This document shows, piece by piece, positions 1 through 8,561 of a stretch of 64,000 bases of DNA; the first letter of the stretch is position 1; each line of letters opens with the position of its first letter. A program made the position numbers and the translations under genes. The stretch comes from Nitrospirota bacterium. Lineage in GTDB: Bacteria > Nitrospirota > Nitrospiria > Nitrospirales > Nitrospiraceae. The DNA is taken from positions 1 to 64,000 of the forward strand of contig CAVPBK010000007.1 in assembly GCA_963701855.1 (NCBI GenBank). The letters run 5' to 3'. The notes under the pieces are model-generated. The model worked only from the letters and a program-made list of their open reading frames with translations. It did not search any database and was not told where the DNA came from.

Positions 1-294
1 GCGTTGCGTCATGATTGGCGACTTATGGCCAAGCAACCGCTGAACCTTGTAAAGATCCACGCCCGCCTGAACGAGCCGCGTCGCGAAGGTATGCCGCAAA
101 TCGTGAAAGCGAAAACCTTCGATCTTGGCCTTGCTCAACGCTAACCGGAATGATCGGCGCAAATGCCCCGACTCTATCGGCGTGAAGGTTTTGTTGCACA
201 GAAGACCACATCCGTTCTCAATGATCGCACCTTGGCCTTCTCCTTCAGCACAGACAGCACTGTGTGACCTTCCCCCAATTCCGTGGACACCTGG

Positions 295-1158
295 TTAAGC
301 CACTGCCGTCCTCGCTTCGTACTCGGCTGGGGAGTCATAGCCAAGGGTCGAATGACGACGCTGCCGGTTATAGAACACCTCAATGTACTCGAAGATCTCC
401 TGTCTCGCGTCTTCACGGGTCGTGTAGTGCCGATGGTACACGAGCTCGCGCTTGAGTGTCCCAAAGAAGCGTTCGACACAGGCGTTGTCCCAGCAGTTGC
501 CTTTACGACTCATGCTGGTGGTGATGCCGTGCTCGTCGAGCAGATGCTGGTAGCTCGTGGCCGCATACTGACTGCCGCGATCCGAGTGGTGTAGGAGCCC
601 GGCCGCGGGTGTCCGGTTCGCCAGCGCCATGATGAGGGCACGCTCGGCCAGCTCCACGGTCAGCCGGTGGCCCATCGCCCAGCCGATCACGAGGCGCGAG
701 TACAGAGCGAGCACGACGGCGAGGTAGAGCCAGCCTTCCGTGGGCCAGACATACGTGATGTCCCCAGCCCACACCCGGGTGGGCGGCATCACCGTGAACT
801 GACGATTGAGCGTGTTGAGGGCTACGGGTAGCCGATGAGTCGACTGGGTGGTGGCGCGCCACTTCTTGACGGTCTTGGCCCGGATCCCCTCCTGCCGCAT
901 CAACCGAGCGATGCGATGCTCGCCGACGTCGTGCCCCTGCTTGATCAAGGCGTTCCAGATGCGGGGACTGCCGTCGGTCTCGCGGGACTCGCGGTGGATC
1001 ACCCGGAGCTTCGCGACGAGCGCCCGGTTGACCGCCCCGCGCACACTCTCAGGCCGCGCCCGCCAGGCATAGTCGCCGGCGGATGAGACCGCGAGGGCGC
1101 GGCACATGAGCCGGATCGGATAGCGACGGTCGTATGCCTGGATCGCACGGAATCTCAC
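295..1158 (-). CDS. IS3 transposase OrfB (DDE/rve domain)
   Basis: WAGDITY, HHSDRGSQY, GNCWDNACVERFF, YNRQRRHSTLG motifs; a few normally conserved residues are altered (DGSPR, LALYSR), so possibly decaying. Confidence 0.93.
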   Translation of the reverse strand: MRFRAIQAYDRRYPIRLMCRALAVSSAGDYAWRARPESVRGAVNRALVAKLRVIHRESRETDGSPRIWNALIKQGHDVGEHRIARLMRQEGIRAKTVKKWRATTQSTHRLPVALNTLNRQFTVMPPTRVWAGDITYVWPTEGWLYLAVVLALYSRLVIGWAMGHRLTVELAERALIMALANRTPAAGLLHHSDRGSQYAATSYQHLLDEHGITTSMSRKGNCWDNACVERFFGTLKRELVYHRHYTTREDARQEIFEYIEVFYNRQRRHSTLGYDSPAEYEARTAVA

Positions 1159-1472
1159 TGCGATTCCCTCGCGAAGAACGCCGCCGCACGTTGTAAAAAA
1201 TCCCGCTCCTTCCGGAGCGTCTCGTTTTCTCGTGTGAGCCGTGTCAGCTCGTCCTGCTCGGCCCGCACCGCCTGGCGCGTGCGGCCCTGGGATTCGACCG
1301 GTTGCTGCTCACTCCTCCAGCGATACAGCACATTGTCAGAAATTCCGAGCTCCCGCGCCACCTGGGCCACCGGTCGACCCGATTCCCGCGTGAGCCGTAC
1401 GGCCTCGGACTTGACTGCCTCGGTAACCTGACGTCGCGTTGTTGTTGCCATGCTGACCGCCAATTTCATCAT
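1155..1472 (-). CDS. IS3 transposase OrfA (HTH)
   Basis: VAQVARELGISDNVLYRW HTH, LRKERDFLQRAAAFFA coiled coil; 4-nt overlap with orfB. Confidence 0.9.
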   Translation of the reverse strand: MMKLAVSMATTTRRQVTEAVKSEAVRLTRESGRPVAQVARELGISDNVLYRWRSEQQPVESQGRTRQAVRAEQDELTRLTRENETLRKERDFLQRAAAFFARESQ

Positions 1473-1743
1473 TCTCCCCCGTATGGAGGTGGCTGTGAAA
1501 TCAGGGGAGGGTCAGTTTGATCCTTGAAAATCCCACAACACGTTGATAATGCAGATTTCTGTTCAGCCATGAAAAGGCAAGGGACTCACCTCATGCGCAA
1601 ACAGCGGCCGACAGTAAATGGCGACCGAATTAGTTTCTCCCTCTCTTTCGCCACTCTTACGGTGGCACGGCATAGGTGAGTCATTGATGGTATCTGTTAC
1701 GCCAGGCATGGCGCAGGATTTTGGGAGGACTCGCGGAAGGGTA

Positions 1744-1781
1744 ACTGGCGGGGCCTTGAGTAGTCAGAAGGCCCCGCCAGT
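1744..1781. terminator. 14-bp-stem hairpin downstream of the 1799-2308 gene
   Basis: ACTGGCGGGGCCTT ... AAGGCCCCGCCAGT perfect inverted repeat. Confidence 0.6.
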
Positions 1782-1798
1782 GGCCACACAGAACGCGC

Positions 1799-2308
1799 CT
1801 ATGCCGTCACGTTGACCTGGTTTGTGGTGCTGCTCTGTGATGTGGGTACTGTGGATGCGATCGCTTGCTGATACTGTGCTAGCAAGTCATTGGCAATTTT
1901 ACTCGCAAGCTTGTCGATGAAAGACCCACCAGTCGCACTCGAGGTTGCCGAGCCCGTAGTGGATGATCCGGATCCCGCCGAGGCCCCGTTCCCGGTAGCC
2001 TTCTGGAGATCGGTGACGATCGATAGGGCGAGTTGATCCATAAAGGAGCTGCCACCTTGACCACCACCATGATGATGGTGATGATGGTGTCCTTGTGGCC
2101 CATAGACGCCCGACGTTTGAGATGGATCAGGGGCTTGCGAAGCCTGGTTTGCATTTAATTGGACTGCTTGTTGGGAGATTGAGGTGGTGTCATTTGACGA
2201 AGACAGACACCTACTAGACGACGGACTTCCAGTCGCAGACCCGGCACTGGAGAGGTTGTTTTGGAACCACTGCACCATAGGGGAAGATCCGACACCTGAT
2301 ACGGACAT
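1799..2308 (-). CDS. Ser/Gly-rich low-complexity protein with His7 tract
   Basis: ORF with GGAGG RBS before MSVSGVG; GHHHHHHHGGG; two similar helices (SFMDQLALSIVTDL / SFIDKLASKIANDL). Confidence 0.7.
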   Translation of the reverse strand: MSVSGVGSSPMVQWFQNNLSSAGSATGSPSSSRCLSSSNDTTSISQQAVQLNANQASQAPDPSQTSGVYGPQGHHHHHHHGGGQGGSSFMDQLALSIVTDLQKATGNGASAGSGSSTTGSATSSATGGSFIDKLASKIANDLLAQYQQAIASTVPTSQSSTTNQVNVTA

Positions 2309-2579
2309 AGAACCTCCTTGGCAATCAATGAGTCTCGCGATCCGTGCTTGGTGACCCACTGATCTCGGAACAACGGGCAGCCCGTCCCTGTGCTGCCCAC
2401 CAACAATGTATCGGTCTCTTGAACCGATGTCTGTAGCTGTTAAAGGGGAGCAAGGACCGCGCCTGTATCAAAGGTCCATCACGCACCGGAACGGCGCATT
2501 CCAACTGCTTCTAGGCGGTGTGCAGCAATCAGCTCGGCAAGAGTTGCCGCTCTTGAGCCGCATGGCGCTTGTCTGCCAG

Positions 2580-2830
2580 GCAAGAGTATCCCTTTACAAA
2601 TTGCCGAACCAATCGCTTCATGTCATGGGCCAAGTGAGCCTGGGTGTGCCGCTCATCAATCGCCACAGTCTTCACCGAGAACGCCGGTCCTCTCGATCAC
2701 CGCACTAGCATTAGGGATCTCGATGCGGGGCTCATTCGGAAGGGGGACCGTGAGCGAGAGGGGTTCTGCCGGCCGCATGGGCAGATCACCAGTGAGTCGC
2801 CAGACCCTTCCTTCCTGGCTGATGGACCGC
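2580..2830 (-). pseudogene. Degraded PilZ-domain gene
   Basis: WRLTGDLPMRPAEPLSLTVPLPNEPRIEIP, then frameshift to VR*SRGPAFSV...RHTQAHLAHDMKRLV; resembles small PilZ proteins (from recall). Confidence 0.55.
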
Positions 2831-2935
2831 AGCCTAACAGAGGTCCGTCCTTCTGGCTCATTCAGTTTTCTGGGAGGAGGGCACGTCAACCCCCTGTCCA
2901 AGGTGGGCGTCCACCGGATATTGGTGCGGGTTCTG

Positions 2936-3499
2936 CTAGGGCGTTTCCCGTTTCTGTTCTTCCTTTTCGAGTCGGTCAAAGGCACGGTCAGCATTCTTAC
3001 GCACAAAATCTCGCATCTGACCGTTCAGCTCTTTCGACTGCATGAGCATGTCTTTCACATCCGCGAGATCCATTTTGACCACCACGTAGTAGATCCCTTT
3101 CTTTTCATCCTGATATCGGTCTACAGATCGAACGCCATTCAGAGTGGCTGCCGCAAACGTTTTTGTCGCTTCCTCGATGTGTTGCTCCTCAGCCGTCTTT
3201 TGGAAATCCGCTGCCGTCGTGGACGCCGCATAATCGCGCATCAGATAGGCCGTATAGGTGGAGAGTATTTTCACCATCTGCGCCCGCGCCCGATTCTCCG
3301 CCGCATCCCAGGCGAGGGGTTCATTCCGAATACCCATCACTTCGCCGATCCCATAGAAGGCCTTGGCATCCTGGCTCGTGTAGGTCCCAGTCTTGACCCA
3401 CTTCGGGGTACTCTCGCAGGCGCTTATGGTAAGGGTCACAAACACGCCGCCCAGTATCATCGCGGTGAGCTGCTTCCACCGAGTGCTTGCCTCTATCAT
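2936..3499 (-). CDS. LPP20-like lipoprotein
   Basis: Lipobox ISAC, PKWV after Cys, AWDAAENRARAQM helix, YYVVVKM strand; GGAGG RBS before MIEAS. Confidence 0.7.
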   Translation of the reverse strand: MIEASTRWKQLTAMILGGVFVTLTISACESTPKWVKTGTYTSQDAKAFYGIGEVMGIRNEPLAWDAAENRARAQMVKILSTYTAYLMRDYAASTTAADFQKTAEEQHIEEATKTFAAATLNGVRSVDRYQDEKKGIYYVVVKMDLADVKDMLMQSKELNGQMRDFVRKNADRAFDRLEKEEQKRETP

Positions 3500-3618
3500 G
3501 GCTACCTCCATCCACTGCCGCGTGGTGTTCGCTTCCAAGAACAGTATATCACTGACTCAGAGGCATCAGATTTCCGATCCAGCAGTCTGGTTTTCAGAGA
3601 AAGGCTAGGCCTGACCAC

Positions 3619-3800
3619 AAGCCATATCTAGATATAACCCCTATCTGTTCCCGGCGTGTTCATTCTACGGCACAATACGCCCTAAAGGGCATCACTTCAC
3701 GTGAAGAGAACCAAATGCTCAACCAGGCGCACGGCGGTTCTCTGAGCCACGTTCCTCTGTGCTGACTAGGGTTTATGTGGAAGTACTGGAAAGGCTTAGA
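3619..3800. repeat. att-like element, tRNA-Arg(TCT) family, copy 1 (diverged)
   Basis: Alignable with 7067-7290 and 17164-17386 (CGGCGTGTT..., GTACTGGAAAGGCTTAGA); ends inside the anticodon-loop core. Confidence 0.7.
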
Positions 3801-3826
3801 TAGCGTTGCTGCCTCATTGTTTCACC

Positions 3827-6346
3827 CTAGGAGGGGTATGCTGGCCGTAGTAGGAAAAGGTAGTCTGCGGCGGCTATCGTATAGGCGCCGACGGTGGTCC
3901 AGCCTTGGGTACACCTCTCCGAGGCAACCCGATCACCCACACTCCCGTCGTTGTTGAGCGCGTGAATGTGGACGTTGTTGCCGTCGCGTCCGAACCCTGA
4001 CGCCTTCAGCAGGAAGAGATACGGCGCTCCGCCAGCCGCATATGCAATGGCGGTGGTCCAGCCTTGGGTCCACTTATAGGAGGCGACGCGGGCGCCCACA
4101 CTCCCGTTGTTGTTGAGCGCGTGGATGTGGGCGTTGTTGCCGTCGCGTCCGAACCCTGACGCCTTCAGCAGGAAGAGATACGGCGCACCTCCAACCACAT
4201 AGGTAATGGCGGTGGTCCAGCCTTGGGTCCACTTATAGGAGGCGACACGGGCGCCCACACTCCCGTTGTTGTTGAGCGCATGGATGTGGGCGCTGTTGCC
4301 GTCGCTCCCGAATCCCGTCACCTTCAGCAGGAAGAGATACGGGGCACCTCCAACCACGTAGGCAATGGCGGTGGTCCAGCCTTGGGTCCACTTGTACGAG
4401 GCAACCCGTTCTCCCACGCCGCCATCACTGTTGAGCTTGTGGATGTGGACGTTGTTGCCGTCGCGGCCGACCCCCCTTGCTTTCAGCAGGAGGAGATACG
4501 GGGCACCGCCAGCCACATAGGCAATGGCCGTACTCCAGCCTTCGGTCCACTTGTATGAGGCAACCCGTTCGCCCACGTCGCCGTCACTGTTGAATTTGTG
4601 GATGCGGACATTGTTGCCGTCGTTTCCAGTGCCTATTCTTTTAAGGAGCAAGAGATAGACTTGCCCTTCGAGTGTATATGTAATGCCCGTGGTCCAACCG
4701 TTTGTCCAATGCTGTGTGTCACGACGCCGGCCGAGGGTCCCATTCGGCTGTAGAACATGAGCATGCAAGATTCCCCGAGGCAGGCTGTCCAGCGTCGCCA
4801 AGTCAGTATTGGTGAGTGTGTTGCCACCCATGTTGGCAGGGTCTCCAGTACAGGTTGTCGGGTCCGCCGAGGATTTGAAAGTGAGCGTGGGGCAGATGGT
4901 GACGTGCCCATCCACTGTGCCGTTCACCCCGAGTTTCTCGATGTGGACGTTGTTGCCGTCGCGTCCGAACCCACCCGCATTGAGCAGGAAGAGAAATGGC
5001 GCACCGCCAGCTGCATAGACAATGGCGGTGGTCCAGCCTTGAGTCCACTTGTAGGAGACGACGCGGGCGCCCACGCTCCCATTTTTGCTGAGCGCGTGGA
5101 TGTGAACGTTGTTGCCGTCTCGTCCGAACCCCGACGCCTTCAGCATGAAGAGATACGGCGCACCGCCAACCACGTAGACAACGGCAGTGGTCCAGCCTGG
5201 TGTCCACTTGTTCGAGGCAGCCCAATCGCCCACGCTCCCGTTGTTGTCGAGCGCGTGGATGTGGACGTTGTTGCCGTGGCTCCCGAACCCCGACGCTTTC
5301 AGCAGGAGGAGATACATGGCACCGCCAGCCGAGTAGGCAATGGCGGTGGTCCAGCCTTCGGTCCACTTGTATGAGGCAACCCGATCGCCAAAGTCGCCGT
5401 CACTGTTCAACTTGTGGACGTGGACGTTGTTGCCGTCGATCCCGAACCCCGACACCTTCAGCAGGAAGAGATACGGGGCACCTCCAACCACGTAGGCAAT
5501 GACGGTGGTCCAGCCTGAAGTCCACTTGTACGAGGCAACCCGATCGCCCACGCTGCCGTCGCTGTTGAGCTTGTGGATGTGGACGTTGTTGCCGTCGCTT
5601 CCGAACCCCGATGCCTTCAGCAGGAGGAGATACGGGGCATTGCCAGCCACGTAGGCAATGGCGGTGGTCCAGCCTTCGGTCCACTTGTAGGAGGCGACCC
5701 GATCGCCCACGCTGCCGTCGCTGTTGAGCTTGTGGATGTGGACGTTGTTGCCGTCGCTTCCGAACCCCGCCGCCTTCAGCAGGAAGAGATACAGGGCACC
5801 GCCAGCCACGTAGGCAATGGCGGTGGTCCAGCCTGAAGTCCAATAATAGCCCCCACGTCCGAATGCGCAGCTCCGGTAATGCATGACAGAAGAGAAGTCG
5901 TACAACCCGTGCTCGCTTCCCTCACTTGCGCTATGTTTCTCGAAGCAGTGCTGTTTTCCGTCCTCAATATTCTCCCAGTGCACGTTGACAAACCGATCGC
6001 GATCGCGCCTCGAATGCTCATGTCGCATCCCGATGGCATGCGCGATCTCATGGACCACCGCATCGGATTTATCGCAGGTGTGCTTGTTCAGCTTGACGTC
6101 TTGCCGGCCCCCTTGCCGTCCGTATGGCGAGCTGCAGGCTTCGCCATGGGCGAAGCGTATGTAGTCGCTCTGATGTGACCGTTCGACGAACCGGAGGTGA
6201 GTCTGCTCCTGGAGGATCTGGATCGCCCCAGTCGTCGCCGTGTCACCCTCGATGAATCTCCGGAGGTTCTCAACGGAACTGTCGATGACATACGGAATCG
6301 TACCCCCGAACCACCGTAGATGTTCCTCCTTCACTGTGGAGCCCAT
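3827..6346 (-). CDS. Astacin-like (M12A) zinc metallopeptidase with twelve 53-aa beta-propeller-type repeats
   Basis: HEIAHAIGMRHEHSRRDRD zinc motif, SVMHY Met-turn; repeats WTxGWTTAIAYVxGGAPYLFLLKASGFGxDGNNVHIHxLNxxGSVGxRVASYK. Confidence 0.9.
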   Translation of the reverse strand: MGSTVKEEHLRWFGGTIPYVIDSSVENLRRFIEGDTATTGAIQILQEQTHLRFVERSHQSDYIRFAHGEACSSPYGRQGGRQDVKLNKHTCDKSDAVVHEIAHAIGMRHEHSRRDRDRFVNVHWENIEDGKQHCFEKHSASEGSEHGLYDFSSVMHYRSCAFGRGGYYWTSGWTTAIAYVAGGALYLFLLKAAGFGSDGNNVHIHKLNSDGSVGDRVASYKWTEGWTTAIAYVAGNAPYLLLLKASGFGSDGNNVHIHKLNSDGSVGDRVASYKWTSGWTTVIAYVVGGAPYLFLLKVSGFGIDGNNVHVHKLNSDGDFGDRVASYKWTEGWTTAIAYSAGGAMYLLLLKASGFGSHGNNVHIHALDNNGSVGDWAASNKWTPGWTTAVVYVVGGAPYLFMLKASGFGRDGNNVHIHALSKNGSVGARVVSYKWTQGWTTAIVYAAGGAPFLFLLNAGGFGRDGNNVHIEKLGVNGTVDGHVTICPTLTFKSSADPTTCTGDPANMGGNTLTNTDLATLDSLPRGILHAHVLQPNGTLGRRRDTQHWTNGWTTGITYTLEGQVYLLLLKRIGTGNDGNNVRIHKFNSDGDVGERVASYKWTEGWSTAIAYVAGGAPYLLLLKARGVGRDGNNVHIHKLNSDGGVGERVASYKWTQGWTTAIAYVVGGAPYLFLLKVTGFGSDGNSAHIHALNNNGSVGARVASYKWTQGWTTAITYVVGGAPYLFLLKASGFGRDGNNAHIHALNNNGSVGARVASYKWTQGWTTAIAYAAGGAPYLFLLKASGFGRDGNNVHIHALNNDGSVGDRVASERCTQGWTTVGAYTIAAADYLFLLRPAYPS

Positions 6347-6808
6347 GAGGTAACTCTCTCCTCTTCACACTTCTTTGAACAGGGGCGACCTAACTCTTGT
6401 GTATACTGACCGCGTAGTGTGCACAGCCAGAATGAACACTGGCGTGTGATTCTTGCGCCTATTCAATCACCCGTCAACGCTTCCTCTAGCGTCGCGTCAG
6501 CCTGTAATTCAGATCGGCATGATTATGTTATCGCTGCATATCTGCGAAGGGTTGAAACCTCAGTCTGTACTTCGAAAAGAAGGTTTGCAGATAGACCCTT
6601 AAATATTCTTCGGAGACACTCATAAGAACTATCCCACTTCTAGTGGCCAAGGTTTTTTAGATTGGCAACCTTTACTTCTTGCAGTTTGGCATGGTCAAAA
6701 TCATTTGTTTCTGAACAGGCGGAAGGATACGCGTGTCTTCCATTAAAATCGAGGTGGTACCATGGGATTGTTTTTAGGGTTTTTGACCTCCCCTTTCTTC
6801 GGGCGTGA

Positions 6809-6981
6809 CTGTAGCTTAAATGTAGCGGAACCATCGTGCTCGATCTGGTTTGATCGGTCTTTCATCTGCCTCTGGCCTTCGTGAATGATTGAGATAGAAC
6901 CGATACGGTGAGGTCAGGCCCTATAGTCTCTGGGACATCGGTGGTTTCAAATCTCGCCCCTCCGCCTAAGAGCAGGAGCAG
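6809..6981 (+). repeat. att-like element, tRNA-Ser-like 3' end family, copy 1
   Basis: Near-identical to 15116-15288; begins with TGTAGC direct repeat (11-bp period); contains T-loop/acceptor-like TTCAAATCTCGCCCCTCCGCC. Confidence 0.7.
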
Positions 6982-7066
6982 CTTCATTACCATGGTTATC
7001 CTCCATCTCGAATTCCTGGTACATACCCTATAGCTGAATGGAAACGTATAGGTTACTACCCCCAAA

Positions 7067-7290
7067 ATCTTGCCCCCAGTCTTTCCATTGTGCATCCAAA
7101 AAGCCATTTCTAGATACAAACCCTACGTGTTCTCGGCGTGTTCCATTTACAGCAAAAAAGGCCTAACACGGCCTCACTCCACCTGAATAGAACTAAATGG
7201 CCAAATCAGCGCGAAGCCGCTATAGGATGGACCTTCAGCTCTACTGGCAAGGGTTTGCGCGGACGTACTGGAAAGGCTTAGAAGGCTGAT
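7067..7290. repeat. att-like element, tRNA-Arg(TCT) family, copy 2
   Basis: Near-identical to 17164-17386; ends GGCTTAGAAGGCTGAT (reverse complement = anticodon arm ATCAGCCTTCTAAGC). Confidence 0.85.
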
Positions 7291-7365
7291 CCGTGATCAA
7301 CGGGCGCTATATTGCGAATAGAGCCGATCGACCGCTAAACTCCCATCCAACAAAAGGAGCCGACA

Positions 7366-7926
7366 GTGATGAACGATGCAAAACGAAAAGTTGCCGATGC
7401 ACTCATGGAAGCAGCCATTGGAGATAAAGGGATACGAGCCGCATACCAGAAAGCGTTGGGATCGTTAGCCATCAATTTCTCGCTGCTGCACTTTACCCTC
7501 GAAATGTTTTCATGGGAGGTGTTTGCAGTTGACCACCAAACTGGCCAGATTCTCACCAAGGACCTCCCGACCACGAAACTCATTCAAAAGCTCCGATCGT
7601 CCTGTGGCCATAGAGCGATCAAACCTACAGAGCGCCATCAGCTTTCAGACCTCTTGAAACAGATAGAAAAGGCCGCCGAGCGTCGCAACGAACTCTTGCA
7701 TAATTTGTGGTTCATTTCCGAAGGCCAACCGGTATTTTGCTACAAGCGTGGAAGTGGTAAGGGTAAAGTTCAGCCCGCACCTACTGCTTCTGAAATCACT
7801 GAGTTCGCTCGGTCGATAGAGATCCTGATCCTCATGCTGGTTGATTTCAAAAATACGGCCTCGATCTCGATTCCCTCATTTGCTGGTGAAGGGCACCCCG
7901 AGAACCTAATTCGTCGTCAGCCATAG
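7366..7926 (+). CDS. Hypothetical protein with HEPN-like RxxxxH motif
   Basis: AAGGAG RBS; helical protein with LGSLAINFSLLHFTL and RRNELLH. Confidence 0.6.
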   Translation: MMNDAKRKVADALMEAAIGDKGIRAAYQKALGSLAINFSLLHFTLEMFSWEVFAVDHQTGQILTKDLPTTKLIQKLRSSCGHRAIKPTERHQLSDLLKQIEKAAERRNELLHNLWFISEGQPVFCYKRGSGKGKVQPAPTASEITEFARSIEILILMLVDFKNTASISIPSFAGEGHPENLIRRQP

Positions 7927-7929
7927 ACT

Positions 7930-8071
7930 TTGGTGCCAAGCTGGTGCCAAAACACCGTGACGCACCATGATCAATGATGATCTGATCCATCACGAATCTT
8001 TCCCTTTCGCTGATGATTGTTCTTGCTGAGTGTTCTGAGATAGGTCTTCGGCAGGACTCTTAATCAGCGGG
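7930..8071 (+). repeat. att-like element, tRNA-Lys(CTT) family, copy 1
   Basis: TGGTGCCAAGCTGGTGCCAA arm repeat; ends GGACTCTTAATCAGCGGG; homologous to 22881-23022 and 25800-25928. Confidence 0.85.
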
Positions 8072-8561
8072 ACCTCGTATGGTCTCAGTGATCTCGACGG
8101 CCTTGTCATCGTCACCGAGAAGTCAACGAGTGGATCACGTCCGTTGTTTCAATGAAACCTATCGAACTCGCGAACTACTACTGCCCCGAGAAGCACGCTA
8201 AGCTATGCGATCGCAGGATGCCTCTGCGTCTGGGGCTGAGCTTCGGCTCGCCCGAGGTGCGGGAGGTGATCGGGACCCGGTGGAAGAGGTGCGTTGATTC
8301 GAGTATACTCCGGCTCTCACCATTGGCGAATGCGCGAAGTTCACAGGGCGGAGGCTGGACTGGAGGCTAGGATCCTTGGTGCACCTGGTCGACCCGCAGC
8401 GGAACGACCGAGCAAGGGCTTTTGAAGTTGCTTATGGCTTTCTTGACTGTAAGAGAGGGATTTGAGACTTCCTATCCTCCCTGAATTCTGAGACGCAATT
8501 CGGGAGGATTTTATTGTATTATAATCAATGATTCAGCTTGTCCCCATCCTGCAGGATAAGC

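Larger units (their letters stand above)
265..1514 (-). mobile_element. IS3-family insertion sequence (~1250 bp)
   Basis: Imperfect terminal IRs TGACCTTCCCCCAATTCCGTGGACAC (265-290) and reverse complement TGACCCTCCCCTGATTTCACAGCCAC (ending 1514) flank overlapping orfA/orfB. Confidence 0.92.

Noticed and set aside
1..264. ORF fragment left of the IS3 element
   Set aside because: Too short and interrupted to assign
2723..3631. Long antisense ORFs (2723-3631, 11485-12351, 24269-25138, 32511-33299 and similar)
   Set aside because: They shadow well-supported genes on the opposite strand and lack recognisable motifs
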